64,000 bases of DNA from an uncultured Fluviicola sp. (lineage in GTDB: Bacteria; Bacteroidota; Bacteroidia; Flavobacteriales_D; Crocinitomicaceae), in the NCBI GenBank assembly GCA_964387525.1, contig CAYLWS010000003.1, positions 18,844 to 82,843 of the forward strand. Direction: 5' to 3'. The position numbers were made by a program, and so were the translations under genes. Numbering within the stretch: the first letter of the stretch is position 1; every line of letters begins with the position of its first letter. Under the pieces are notes generated by a model, which was not told the origin of the DNA, did no database searches, and saw only the letters and a list, made by a program, of their open reading frames with translations. Of this stretch, positions 9,720 to 19,948 are shown piece by piece.

Positions 9720-9859
9720 TCTTGTAAAAATAGAGACTTTCTATTACTATTCTGACCCAAATAATGCGTTTTGAATCGTCGTTCTCTGATATTTAGTCTT
9801 TTTCAAAAAAAAAGATGCTTTTTCAATCGTGAAGTTTATCTTTACGCTTTATTATAAGA

Positions 9860-10810
9860 ATGAAAGTAACCCAACACATACAAGAAGCGAAAGAAACACT
9901 ATTTTCTTTTGAAATTTTACCACCATTAAAGGGGAAAAGTATTCAATCTATTTACGATGGTATTGATCCTTTGATGGAGTTTAAGCCGAAGTTTGTGAAT
10001 GTTACTTACCATAGAGAAGAATTCATTTACAAAGAAAGGGAGAATGGTTTATTGGAGAAAATAGCCATTCGAAAACGACCTGGAACTGTGGGGATTTGCG
10101 CTGCAATCATGAACAGATATGATGTAGATGCTGTTCCTCATTTAATTTGTGGAGGTTTTAGCAAAGAAGAAACAGAAAATGCTTTAATCGACCTTCAGTT
10201 TTTAGGGATAGACAATGTTCTCGCTTTACGAGGTGATTCTATCAAAACAGAATCGAATTTCCGTCCACATAAAGATGGACATTCTTTTGCAAAAGAATTG
10301 ATTGGACAAGTTTCTGAAATGAATCAAGGGAATTATTTAATGGATGATATTCATCTTGAACCTACTGATTTTTGTATCGGTGCGGCTGGTTACCCAGAGA
10401 AGCATTTTGAAGCGATGAATCTATCAACGGATTTAATTCACCTCAAGCAAAAAGTGGATGCGGGTGCTGAATACATCGTAACTCAAATGTTTTTTGACAA
10501 TAAAAAATACTTTGATTTTGTAGATGCATGTCGAAAAGCTGGAATCAGTGTTCCGATTATACCAGGATTGAAACCGATTAAATCAATGAATCACATTTCG
10601 TTTTTGCCAAAATTCTTCCACATTGATTATCCTGAAGAATTATCCAAAGATTTATTGAAATGTAAGAACAATAACGACGTTAAAAATTTAGGAATCGAAT
10701 GGGGAATTCACCAGTCGATTGAATTAAAAAAAGCTGGAGTACCATGTATACACTATTATACAATGTCTAATTCCGAATCTGTAAAAGCCATCGCTCAAAA
10801 AACATTTTAA
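9860..10810 (+). CDS. metF: 5,10-methylenetetrahydrofolate reductase
   Basis: FSFEILPP..., VTYH, ALRGD, TQMFFD motifs typical of MetF, 316 aa. Confidence 0.9.
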   Translation: MKVTQHIQEAKETLFSFEILPPLKGKSIQSIYDGIDPLMEFKPKFVNVTYHREEFIYKERENGLLEKIAIRKRPGTVGICAAIMNRYDVDAVPHLICGGFSKEETENALIDLQFLGIDNVLALRGDSIKTESNFRPHKDGHSFAKELIGQVSEMNQGNYLMDDIHLEPTDFCIGAAGYPEKHFEAMNLSTDLIHLKQKVDAGAEYIVTQMFFDNKKYFDFVDACRKAGISVPIIPGLKPIKSMNHISFLPKFFHIDYPEELSKDLLKCKNNNDVKNLGIEWGIHQSIELKKAGVPCIHYYTMSNSESVKAIAQKTF

Positions 10811-10813
10811 ATT

Positions 10814-11356
10814 ATGAAAAAAGCCACATTATTTTTAGCTATTCTTTTGATTTCAACCATTTCAATGGCGCAAAAGAAAGAGAAATTACACTTAACAAAT
10901 GCTCTTGTGATTGCTCAATTGGATAATCCTGAAGATAGGTATACACTTGAGATTAACATGACAGAATTGTTAACTTCGAGAGGTGTCAAAGCATTTCCTT
11001 CTTTGAATTACATGAAACAAGGAGGTGATTCTCAAATTTTAGCTTCAGATTCTATTCAAAAAATAATGTTAGAAGCGGGTGTTGATACTTATGTAATCAT
11101 CACAATCCGTGGTTACGATAAACGGTTTAAAAAATCCAAAAGAAAAGAAAGCCTTGAAACAACATTAAGTGAAGGTGGTATTTTTGATTTGTATAGAACA
11201 GACATTGTTTCCATTAGTTTTGAATTCAAGTTTTATCGAAATGGAGAAATGGTTTATTCTGACATTAGAAGATGTGGAAATATCAGTGATAGATCAACCG
11301 TTATAAAACGTTTTCGTAAAAAAGTAGGAAAAAGAATTTTTAAGTGGATGAAGTAG
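10814..11356 (+). CDS. hypothetical secreted protein
   Basis: Signal peptide MKKATLFLAILLISTISMAQ. No family recognised. Confidence 0.5.
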   Translation: MKKATLFLAILLISTISMAQKKEKLHLTNALVIAQLDNPEDRYTLEINMTELLTSRGVKAFPSLNYMKQGGDSQILASDSIQKIMLEAGVDTYVIITIRGYDKRFKKSKRKESLETTLSEGGIFDLYRTDIVSISFEFKFYRNGEMVYSDIRRCGNISDRSTVIKRFRKKVGKRIFKWMK

Positions 11357-11368
11357 TAAAATACTTTT

Positions 11369-13651
11369 TTAGATCAATAAACTGGCTTGATATAATTTTA
11401 AATCATCCCAAGTAAATTGACTGCCGACTCTTTCTTTCAAAGGAGTTAATGAACCGCCATCATAATCATCAAAGAAGTCTGAGAGTTTGTTTCTCATTGG
11501 TGCTTCCATTACTTCAGAGAGTTCTATTTTCTCTAACTTAATTAATCGAGCACAATGTGTACTTACTGTACCTATCGATAACTGTCTTTCTTTGGCAATT
11601 TCAGAAATAGGCATACCGTCCTTGATTAAAGACAACGTTTTGTCGTAAGTAGATACTTTTTCTTTTTTACTCTTCTTCTTTTGAATGCTTTTAGTCTTTA
11701 AATGGACAAAATCAGTGTCAAAATCAAAGGTTGAATTATTTGTCCTCATCTCATTTTTAACCAATTCAATTTTCGCAGCTTTATAGTTTTTAATGTCAGA
11801 ATCCGTTAGAATAGATTTATCTATTTTTCGACCATCTTTCACTGATTGCAAAAGAATATTTGTTTTTTTGAGTTTAAGGATAACAGTTGTGAGTAATAGG
11901 TCTAAATCCTCTAACTCTTCATTGTATTGTTTGGTATTTTTTAGCTGTTGTAATTCAGCCATTTTTTTAAGATTGGCATATAGAACTCCATCCAAAATTT
12001 TATAAAAATAGTTGAATCCAGCATCAACACGTTTAAAAACGTGTTCAATATCTATCGGTCGAACAGAAAATAATCGACTCAATTCATTTCTAAATTTACG
12101 AGAAGTTTCTGCAGTTTTAGAAACTTGCTGAGTTTGCATACTCACCCATGCGTTATTTTTACCTTTCATGGTTTTAGCGCCTTGGTTTTTGTAGCTAGCC
12201 TCATGGGATTGCCATCCACTAATTAGATCAAACCAATCGTATGTTAGTGTCAATTCATCGTATAGAAAGCCAAGAGTTGATTCTTCTAATTGTTCCGTTA
12301 GAACTTTTTCATCTACTTTAGATTTCGAATAAGCAACAACATTTGCATCATTGTTTAATCCATTCAATCGAATTGGCTTTAGTAATACCATCCCTTCCAG
12401 AGAACGCAATCTTGACAAAGCTACATATGCTTGCCCGGCAACAAAAACCTTAGATACATCAAGAATTGCTTTGTCAAACGTTAATCCTTGACTTTTGTGT
12501 ACAGTTATAGCCCACGCCAACTTTAAAGGGTAGTGAACAAACGTACCCAAAACTTTCTCTTCCACCTCACCATTGGTTTGGTCTAAGGAATATTGAATAT
12601 TATTCCATTCATATTTTTCAACAGAGATTGTTTTGTTTTCTTCGGGAAAGTGGACGTTAATTTCTTCTTTATTAATCGATTCAATGCGCCCCATTTTCCC
12701 ATTGTAAAAGGCTTTGTCAAAAGAAATGTCATTTTTAATAAACATTACTTGCGCTCCAACTTTTAACTCCATCGTCTCTTCAATAGGGAATAAGTTTTCC
12801 GGAAATTTTCCGACAACTTCAGCTTGATAATATTCAGATTTTCCTTTTATTTTTTGAAGCGCTTCTTTATTGATACGGTCAGCATCATTATTGTGAGTTG
12901 TAAGCGTAATATATCCTGCTTGTTCAGTTGCGTCGAAATCTGGCTGAACATATTTATTAAGTAGTGTCAGATCCTCTTCAGTGATGGTGTTGTTTCTTAA
13001 GTTATTCAATACTGAAAGAAAGACTTCGTCATCTTGACGGTAAACTTTCTCTAGTTCTATATATAAAGGAGGGGCTTCTTGAACTGAAAGTGCGTTAAAG
13101 AAAAAGATTCCAGCATAATACTTACTTAAAAATGTCCACTCTTGTGGTTTGATAACTGGTGGTAATTGCAATAAATCTCCAATAAAAAGCACCTGACAGC
13201 CACCAAAAGGTTTGTTTATTTTACGGACATTTCGCATAACCCAATCTATGGCATCTAAAACATCTGCTCGAAGCATACTCACTTCATCAATAATCAACAA
13301 TTCAAGATTCTGAATCAACGATTTACGGGTAGCATTCATCCTAAAATGACGCATTAAAGTTGATTTTGTTTCAAGTTTTACATAGTCAGAGAATTGAGCA
13401 GAACTTTCGAAATCAGGTATAAATCCACCAAAAGGCAATTGAAAAAATGAATGAATGGTAACACCACCTGCGTTTAAAGCAGCAATACCAGTTGGCGCAA
13501 CAATAACCGTCTGCTTGTAGGTTGAGCGAACAATTTTTTTTAGAAGTGTTGTTTTTCCTGTTCCAGCTTTTCCTGTTAAGAAAATGGAACGATTCGTTTG
13601 ATTGATGAATTGCTCCGTAAATTCAGCAATTTGATTGGTTTGTTCACTCAT
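11369..13651 (-). CDS. Pif1/RecD-like SF1B helicase with C-terminal helix-turn-helix extension
   Basis: Walker A GKAGTGKTT, Walker B LLIIDEVSM, TVHKSQGLTFD helicase motif. About 300-aa C-terminal extension ending in an HTH-like SEIAKERQLSIGTVSTHCARL. Confidence 0.8.
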   Translation of the reverse strand: MSEQTNQIAEFTEQFINQTNRSIFLTGKAGTGKTTLLKKIVRSTYKQTVIVAPTGIAALNAGGVTIHSFFQLPFGGFIPDFESSAQFSDYVKLETKSTLMRHFRMNATRKSLIQNLELLIIDEVSMLRADVLDAIDWVMRNVRKINKPFGGCQVLFIGDLLQLPPVIKPQEWTFLSKYYAGIFFFNALSVQEAPPLYIELEKVYRQDDEVFLSVLNNLRNNTITEEDLTLLNKYVQPDFDATEQAGYITLTTHNNDADRINKEALQKIKGKSEYYQAEVVGKFPENLFPIEETMELKVGAQVMFIKNDISFDKAFYNGKMGRIESINKEEINVHFPEENKTISVEKYEWNNIQYSLDQTNGEVEEKVLGTFVHYPLKLAWAITVHKSQGLTFDKAILDVSKVFVAGQAYVALSRLRSLEGMVLLKPIRLNGLNNDANVVAYSKSKVDEKVLTEQLEESTLGFLYDELTLTYDWFDLISGWQSHEASYKNQGAKTMKGKNNAWVSMQTQQVSKTAETSRKFRNELSRLFSVRPIDIEHVFKRVDAGFNYFYKILDGVLYANLKKMAELQQLKNTKQYNEELEDLDLLLTTVILKLKKTNILLQSVKDGRKIDKSILTDSDIKNYKAAKIELVKNEMRTNNSTFDFDTDFVHLKTKSIQKKKSKKEKVSTYDKTLSLIKDGMPISEIAKERQLSIGTVSTHCARLIKLEKIELSEVMEAPMRNKLSDFFDDYDGGSLTPLKERVGSQFTWDDLKLYQASLLI

Positions 13652-13740
13652 TATTTGTCTTGACTTTTCTAGAGGTTTAGGTGTTCTAAATTAAGTTAAG
13701 TAAATTTTTTAATTGAACAATAAATAAAATAAAAAATTTA

Positions 13741-14040
13741 TTACTTAGCCAAAGAAACATTTGATAAAGAAACAACCATATCAATATTGCAGTTGATTGG
13801 TTGAGGAGCTTTACTTGGTAAGTAGTCAAATAAGATAATTAAACCTGTTTTGTTGAATGTTTCATCAAGGTTTATAGGGTACATTGTTATCTTTTTACCT
13901 TCTAAAGTTACTTCGATAGAAGTACAAGCCTCTGTATTTATAATTAGACCTTTAGTTTGATTATTATCTGTTGTTTCACTGTTTTTAGATGTGCCACAAG
14001 AGAGTAGTGATAGTGATAGAATAAGAAAAAAAGTTTTCAT
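13741..14040 (-). CDS. small hypothetical lipoprotein
   Basis: Start moved to the internal Met, giving MKTFFLILSLSLLSCG (lipobox LLSC). Confidence 0.5.
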   Translation of the reverse strand: MKTFFLILSLSLLSCGTSKNSETTDNNQTKGLIINTEACTSIEVTLEGKKITMYPINLDETFNKTGLIILFDYLPSKAPQPINCNIDMVVSLSNVSLAK

Positions 14041-14186
14041 AATAATTTGGAGTATAATGTATATCCCAAAATTAAACAATTTAAGTTTAGAACTTCAACA
14101 ATAAAGTCATAAAAATTAACGTTTTTTGTAATTTATTAATAAATAAGTGTTAATTTTAGTTGATTAAACTATAAAATTAAACTGTT

Positions 14187-17100
14187 ATGAAAAAAACTAT
14201 TTTAGGAATATGCCTCAGTGTTCCAACACTTTTTTTTGCACAAGAAGTTGACCAAGTAAAACAGGTCAATATGCAAAATATTGAGTGGGGAACAGAATCA
14301 CATGTGATTCCATGTTCGAACTTTTCAATTTCTCAACCTTTGAGAGAATTGATGAAAACAGATCCTTCTGAAGTAAAAAGTAAGAATAAAAAAATGAAAG
14401 AATATCCTGATAAAAGGGATATGCCTGTTCAAACTTTTGTATACAACCCAAAAGATAATGGGTCTGAATATGGAAATGATCCTTCTATGGTTCAGTCTGA
14501 GTTTGGAAGAAATAATGGGCAGCCAACTAATAAAGCTTTAGAACAAAATTTTGCTGGTCAAGCACCAAGTGTTGGTTTTAGACCTTACGATCCGTCAGGA
14601 GCTGTTGGTCCAAATCACTTTATTCAAGCTATCAATGGTGATACCTACAGAATTTGGAACAAAACTGGAGGTATAATGGCAAGTGGAAACATTAGTGCTT
14701 TATTTCCATCAGGAAACGGAGACGGTGATCCAATTGTTTTGTATGATAAAACAGCAGACCGTTGGTTTATGGCTCAATTTGCCGGTAGTGGAGGTGGAAA
14801 TGGTATTTATATTGCTATTTCTCAAACTCCTGATCCACTTGGATCATGGTATACCTATGAGTTTACTTCATCAGATTTTCCAGATTATTTGAAGTTTTCA
14901 GCTTGGCAAGACGGTTATTATATGACTGCAAATTACTCACAAAAAATATTTGCTTTTAATAGAGACAAAATGCTAGCAGGTGATGCATCTGCTGAAGCTG
15001 TTTTTCAAGCTTTTAATCCGCCTACTGGTGGGGGCTTTTTCGTTCCGTTACCTGCAGACGCGTCTGATGGAACTCTTCCGGGGTCAGGAACTCCTTGTCC
15101 TATATTTTCATATTCTGATAACGCTTGGCCAGGAGGAAATATTGATGCTGTAAATATTTTTAATGCCTCTGTTACATGGGCAGGAGCAGGTTCTGCTCTG
15201 AATGTTACTTCTGGTGGTAATTTACCCACGAATGCTTTCGACGCTTCTTATGAAGCAAGTTGGAATGATATCCCTCAACAAGGAACAGCACAAAAACTTG
15301 ACGGTATTGGTGGTGCAATGATGTTTAGAGCACAATGGAAAACTTGGCCTGGTTATAATTCAGTGGTTTTGAATTGGGCTGTAAAAGTAAGTAATTCTCA
15401 AAGAGGTATCTACTGGTGTGAGCTAAGACAAGATCAGAGTACGAATGTTTGGTCAATTTACCAACAAGGTATTTATGCTCCTGGGACGGAGTCGTTTTGG
15501 TTAGGTAGTATTGTAATGAATGATGCTGGTGATATTGGACTTTCTTATGCTAAATCAGGTACGTCAACTTATATGTCTTTAGGTTATGCTGGTCGTCATG
15601 CGTCAGATCCTTTAGGAACTCTTCCTATTGCTGAGGTTATAGCGATAGCTGGAGGTGGTTCTCAAACAGGAATAAATCGTGTAGGAGATTACGCACAAGC
15701 TACTTTAGATCCTGATGGACAAACATTTTGGTATACAGGTGAATATATTGGAGCTGGAGGTAATGTAAAAACAAGAATCTATTCTTATACTTTTGCTTCT
15801 CCATGTACACCTCCTACAACTCAAGCAACAGGTTACAGTTCTTCAGCGATTGGAGACAACCAAATGACAATTTCTTGGGCAAATGGAAACGGTGATAGAA
15901 GAATCGTTTTGGCACATGAAGGTGCAGCTGTGAATGCAAATCTAGGAGGTGGTTCTTCTTATACTGCTAATGCAGTGTTCGGAAATGGTGACCAAATAGG
16001 AACAGGAAATTATGTTGTGTATGACGGAACAGGAACATCTGTTACTGTAACTGGATTAACAGAAGGAACAGATTATCATTATTCTGTTTTTGAATATACG
16101 TCAGCTACAAATTGTTATTTGACACCTGCTTTAGTAGGAACTTCAACGACAACTGGTGTAGCACCATGTGTTATATGTAGTGATGTTGCTTCTGCAACTG
16201 ATGATGATACAGGTTTGACTAATGTGACCTTTAATACCATTTCGAATACTTCTATAGGTGCTCCTGCTTATACTGATAATACAAGTACTTCTACTGACTT
16301 AAGTATAGGACAGTCCTATAACTTATCTGTAGAAGTAAATTCAGCTGGAGCATATACAATAAACACAAAAGCATGGATTGATTGGAATCAAAATTGTGTA
16401 TTTACAGATCCAGGAGAAGAGTATGACTTAGGTGATGCTATTTCTGTTACTAGTGGTACTCCAAGTTTATCTCCAGTTTCTATTACAGTTCCAGGTGGTG
16501 CATCTTTAGGAAATACTGTGATGAGAATTAGAACTACTTATAATGTAGCTCCAACTCCTTGTGGTGATCAAGATTACAGTGAAGCAGAAGATTACACAAT
16601 AAATGTTGTAAATCCTTCAGCTCCACCTGTCGCTTCTTTTACACCACCATCAGCTGTTTGTTTAGGTGCCGCAGTTACTTTTACAGATGCTTCTACTGGA
16701 GCAACAGGATGGTCTTGGGATTTCGGTGATGGTTCTTCTGCAGTTACTACACAGAATCCTTCTTATACTTATACTGTTGCAGGAACTTATACGGTAATAT
16801 TAACAGTAACAAATGCTAATGGGAATGATAATACTTCTTCAACAGTAACAATAGGTTTACCTACTTCAAGTACTCAATCATTTGATATTTGCCAAGGTGC
16901 TTCTGTTACAGTTGGGTCAAGTACTTATACTACTTCAGGAACATTTACAGATGTTTTAACAAATGCAATTGGGTGTGATAGTACAGTAATTTCTACAGTT
17001 GTTGTTAATCCTTTGCCTACTGTATCAACAACACCAACAAACATTGGACTTATTTGTTCTTATTCTGACCCAATTACCTTGGTAGGAGCACCTGCAGGTG

Positions 17101-17498
17101 GAACATTCTCTGGTAATGGTGTAACTGGATCTACTTTTAATCCTGGTATTGCTGGAGTAGGTAATCAAACAATTACTTTTACTTATACAGATGCTAACGG
17201 TTGTACAAATACAACTACAATTTCTGCTCAAGTAGATGCTTGTGCTGGAATTGAAGAACAAGCATTAGAAGGTGTTGCTTTATTTCCAAGTCCAAATGAT
17301 GGTCACTTTGTGATTGTTGGTTTAGATGAGGGTTCGGAATACAGTATTTATGATGAAAAAGGTCGCTTGATTTTAAAAGCTATTGTAGATACAGATCCAA
17401 CTAAAGTTACTCTTCCAGTTGTTGAAACAGGTATGTATTACTTACAATCAACTAAGAATGGTAAGCTTGGTAGAATCAAATTCTTAATTGCGAAATAA
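14187..17498 (+). CDS. T9SS-secreted multidomain protein (conserved ~535-aa N-domain, FN3-like, GEVED-like, PKD, Ig-like modules, T9SS CTD)
   Basis: Signal peptide. PKD signature WDFGDGSS...YTYTVAGTYTVILTVTN. GEVED-like ...YSEAEDYTINV. C-terminal LFPSPNDGHFVIVGL...YSIYDEKGRLI...GMYYLQS...IKFLIAK (por_Secre_tail type). Confidence 0.85.
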   Translation: MKKTILGICLSVPTLFFAQEVDQVKQVNMQNIEWGTESHVIPCSNFSISQPLRELMKTDPSEVKSKNKKMKEYPDKRDMPVQTFVYNPKDNGSEYGNDPSMVQSEFGRNNGQPTNKALEQNFAGQAPSVGFRPYDPSGAVGPNHFIQAINGDTYRIWNKTGGIMASGNISALFPSGNGDGDPIVLYDKTADRWFMAQFAGSGGGNGIYIAISQTPDPLGSWYTYEFTSSDFPDYLKFSAWQDGYYMTANYSQKIFAFNRDKMLAGDASAEAVFQAFNPPTGGGFFVPLPADASDGTLPGSGTPCPIFSYSDNAWPGGNIDAVNIFNASVTWAGAGSALNVTSGGNLPTNAFDASYEASWNDIPQQGTAQKLDGIGGAMMFRAQWKTWPGYNSVVLNWAVKVSNSQRGIYWCELRQDQSTNVWSIYQQGIYAPGTESFWLGSIVMNDAGDIGLSYAKSGTSTYMSLGYAGRHASDPLGTLPIAEVIAIAGGGSQTGINRVGDYAQATLDPDGQTFWYTGEYIGAGGNVKTRIYSYTFASPCTPPTTQATGYSSSAIGDNQMTISWANGNGDRRIVLAHEGAAVNANLGGGSSYTANAVFGNGDQIGTGNYVVYDGTGTSVTVTGLTEGTDYHYSVFEYTSATNCYLTPALVGTSTTTGVAPCVICSDVASATDDDTGLTNVTFNTISNTSIGAPAYTDNTSTSTDLSIGQSYNLSVEVNSAGAYTINTKAWIDWNQNCVFTDPGEEYDLGDAISVTSGTPSLSPVSITVPGGASLGNTVMRIRTTYNVAPTPCGDQDYSEAEDYTINVVNPSAPPVASFTPPSAVCLGAAVTFTDASTGATGWSWDFGDGSSAVTTQNPSYTYTVAGTYTVILTVTNANGNDNTSSTVTIGLPTSSTQSFDICQGASVTVGSSTYTTSGTFTDVLTNAIGCDSTVISTVVVNPLPTVSTTPTNIGLICSYSDPITLVGAPAGGTFSGNGVTGSTFNPGIAGVGNQTITFTYTDANGCTNTTTISAQVDACAGIEEQALEGVALFPSPNDGHFVIVGLDEGSEYSIYDEKGRLILKAIVDTDPTKVTLPVVETGMYYLQSTKNGKLGRIKFLIAK

Positions 17499-17521
17499 AG
17501 AAATTTATTTTTATACGAGAA

Positions 17522-17551
17522 AGCTGGAATCGAAAGATTCCAGCTTTTTTT
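17522..17551 (+). terminator. rho-independent terminator
   Basis: Perfect 10-bp stem AGCTGGAATC/GATTCCAGCT, GAAA tetraloop, 7-T run. Confidence 0.8.
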
Positions 17552-17626
17552 ATTCAACAGAATTAAGTTTTTTTTAAGATTTCAATAATATATAGATTCA
17601 TGTAATACTGCATGTATTAGTTTTCT

Positions 17627-17634
17627 TACCTTTG
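17627..17634 (+). promoter_or_regulatory. candidate Bacteroidetes -7 promoter box (TACCTTTG)
   Basis: Exact match to TAnnTTTG, 31 nt upstream of the ATG at 17665. Confidence 0.4.
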
Positions 17635-17664
17635 AATATTAGTTATACACTAAATTAAAACTAT

Positions 17665-19524
17665 ATGAAAAAAACCCTAATAGGATTATGTCTTAGCTTT
17701 CCTGCAATATTATTTGCACAAGAGACAGAATCAACAGCAAAACAGATAGGACAAGAAATTGAATGGGGAACAGAATCCCATGTTATTCAATGTTCTAATT
17801 TTATTATTACTGCTCCATTAAGGGATTTAATGGAAAAAGATTTTGAAGACAACCAAAATGTAGGTCAAATAACAGGAGAACATCAAGATAAAAGAAATAT
17901 GCCTGTTCAAACTTTTGTTTATAACGAAGAAGAAGATGGTGTTGAATATGGAAATGACCCTTCAATTATTCAAGACAAACATGGAGATAAAAGCGGAACG
18001 AATAAAGTGTTACTTCAAAATTGGTATGGACAATCTGCATCTGGTTTTAGACCTTTTGATCCTACAGGAGCAGCAGGACCGAACCATTTCATTCAGGCAG
18101 TCAATGGAGATAAGTATAAAATATGGAGTAAAACAGGTCAATCTTTAGGTGGAGGAAGTATAAGTTCTTTGTTTCCTTCTGGAAATGGGGATGGGGATCC
18201 AATTGTACTATATGATAAAGAAGCTGATCGTTGGTTTATGGCTCAGTTTTCCGGAGGTGGTTCAAATAAAATTTTTATTGCAATATCTCAAACAGCTGAT
18301 CCTCTTGATTCTTGGTATTCTTATGAATTTAATTCACCAAGTTTCCCTGATTATTTAAAATTCTCAGCGTGGCAAGACGGTTATTATATGACAGCTAATT
18401 TCTCTCAAAAAATATTTGCGTTTAATCGTACAAAAATGTTAGCTGGAGATCCTTCTTCAGAAGTTGTTTTTCAATCTTTTAACCCACCAACTGGTGGAGG
18501 GTTTTTCGTACCGATGCCTGCTGATGCTTCTGATGGAGTAATGCCTGGTTCAGGAACTCCTTGTCCAATTTTTTCATATACTGATAATGGATGGGGTGGT
18601 TCAAATATTGATGCAGTTAAAATTTATAACGCAAGTGTAACTTGGAATGGGTCTTCTTCAAATTTACAAGTTGCTTCAAGTATAACTTTACCGACAAATG
18701 CTTTTAATGCTTCTTACAGTTCATCTTGGAATGATATTCCTCAGAAAGGAACTTCACAAAAATTAGATGGAATTGGAGGAGTGATTTGGTTTAGAGTTCA
18801 ATGGAAAAAATGGCAAGGGTATAACTCTGCTGTTTTGAATTGGGGAGTTAAAATTAATGCGAATCAAAGAGGAATTTTTTGGTGTGAATTAAGGCAAGAT
18901 CAAAATTCCGGGGTTTGGTCAGTTTATCAACAAGGTATTTATGCTCCAGGATCAGATTCATATTGGTTAAGTGGAATTGTAATGAATGATGTGGGAGATA
19001 TTGCGCTTGCTTATGCAAAATCAAGTACGAATACATATATGACATTAGGTTATACAGGTAGACACGCATCTGACCCATTAGGTACTATGCCTTTAGGTGA
19101 AGGTATAGCAGTTCATGGAGGAGGTTCTCAAGGTGGGGGTAACCGTGTTGGTGACTATGCTCAGTTAACTTTAGATCCTGATGGTCATACTTTCTGGTAC
19201 ACAGGTGAATACTTTCTTTCTGGAGGAAGTGCTAGAACAAGAGTTTATTCATTTAACCTTCAGGGACCTTTAGCAATAGAAGAACAATCTATTGATGGTA
19301 TTTCTTTGTACCCGAGTCCAAACAACGGGAACTTCGCAGTCCAAGGATTAGATGAAGGTTCAGTTTATAGTATTTACGACGAAAATGGTCGTTTGATCTT
19401 TAGTGATGTTGTAACAAGTGTTGAAACACAAATATCTTTACCTATTGTTAAAACAGGTATTTACTTTTTAGAATCAACAAAAGATGACAAACAAAGTAAA
19501 ATCAAATTTATCGTTACGAAATAA
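17665..19524 (+). CDS. T9SS-secreted protein, short paralog of 14187..17498 (N-domain fused directly to CTD)
   Basis: About 70% identity by eye to the first ~535 aa of the upstream gene. C-terminal LYPSPNNGNFAVQGL...YSIYDENGRLI...GIYFLES...IKFIVTK. Confidence 0.85.
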   Translation: MKKTLIGLCLSFPAILFAQETESTAKQIGQEIEWGTESHVIQCSNFIITAPLRDLMEKDFEDNQNVGQITGEHQDKRNMPVQTFVYNEEEDGVEYGNDPSIIQDKHGDKSGTNKVLLQNWYGQSASGFRPFDPTGAAGPNHFIQAVNGDKYKIWSKTGQSLGGGSISSLFPSGNGDGDPIVLYDKEADRWFMAQFSGGGSNKIFIAISQTADPLDSWYSYEFNSPSFPDYLKFSAWQDGYYMTANFSQKIFAFNRTKMLAGDPSSEVVFQSFNPPTGGGFFVPMPADASDGVMPGSGTPCPIFSYTDNGWGGSNIDAVKIYNASVTWNGSSSNLQVASSITLPTNAFNASYSSSWNDIPQKGTSQKLDGIGGVIWFRVQWKKWQGYNSAVLNWGVKINANQRGIFWCELRQDQNSGVWSVYQQGIYAPGSDSYWLSGIVMNDVGDIALAYAKSSTNTYMTLGYTGRHASDPLGTMPLGEGIAVHGGGSQGGGNRVGDYAQLTLDPDGHTFWYTGEYFLSGGSARTRVYSFNLQGPLAIEEQSIDGISLYPSPNNGNFAVQGLDEGSVYSIYDENGRLIFSDVVTSVETQISLPIVKTGIYFLESTKDDKQSKIKFIVTK

Positions 19525-19548
19525 GACTTAAATAGAATTATAATTTTA

Positions 19549-19581
19549 TAGCTGGAATCGTAAGGTTCCAGCTATTTTTTT
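19549..19581 (+). terminator. rho-independent terminator
   Basis: Stem AGCTGGAATC/GGTTCCAGCT (10 bp, one G-U), GUAA tetraloop, 8-T run. Near-copy of the hairpin at 17522. Confidence 0.8.
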
Positions 19582-19717
19582 TGTAAAAAACTTATGTGAT
19601 AATGCTTGTACAGCAGTTTTTTATTCTTGCTGGTAAATGTAAACGAAATTGAAAAGTAGCCAACTCCAAAGGATATAAGGTTAAAAAATAATATTTCGAC
19701 AAACTCAATATACTACT

Positions 19718-19942
19718 ATGAAAATTGAATTATTATCAACACTAGTTTGTCCAGAATGTAGACACGAGAAAACAGAACAAATGCCAACGGACGCTTGTCA
19801 ATATTTTTATGAATGTGAAAATTGCCACGTTGTCCTAAAACCGAATAAGGGAGATTGTTGTGTATTTTGTTCCTACGGAACAGTTCCGTGTCCACCAATT
19901 CAAGAGGATAAATCTTGCGGTGGAACAGATTGTTGTTCATGA
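19718..19942 (+). CDS. GDCCVxC-domain cysteine-rich small protein
   Basis: 74 aa with 12 Cys. CPEC...C...CENC...GDCCVFC...C...C..DCC, including the literal GDCCVxC motif. Confidence 0.7.
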   Translation: MKIELLSTLVCPECRHEKTEQMPTDACQYFYECENCHVVLKPNKGDCCVFCSYGTVPCPPIQEDKSCGGTDCCS

Positions 19943-19948
19943 AATTTA

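Noticed and set aside
9720-9859. Possible SAM or other riboswitch in the 140-nt leader of metF.
   Set aside because: I could not find the conserved cores of the SAM-I or SAM-II classes, or any convincing multi-helix fold. The region is just AT-rich.
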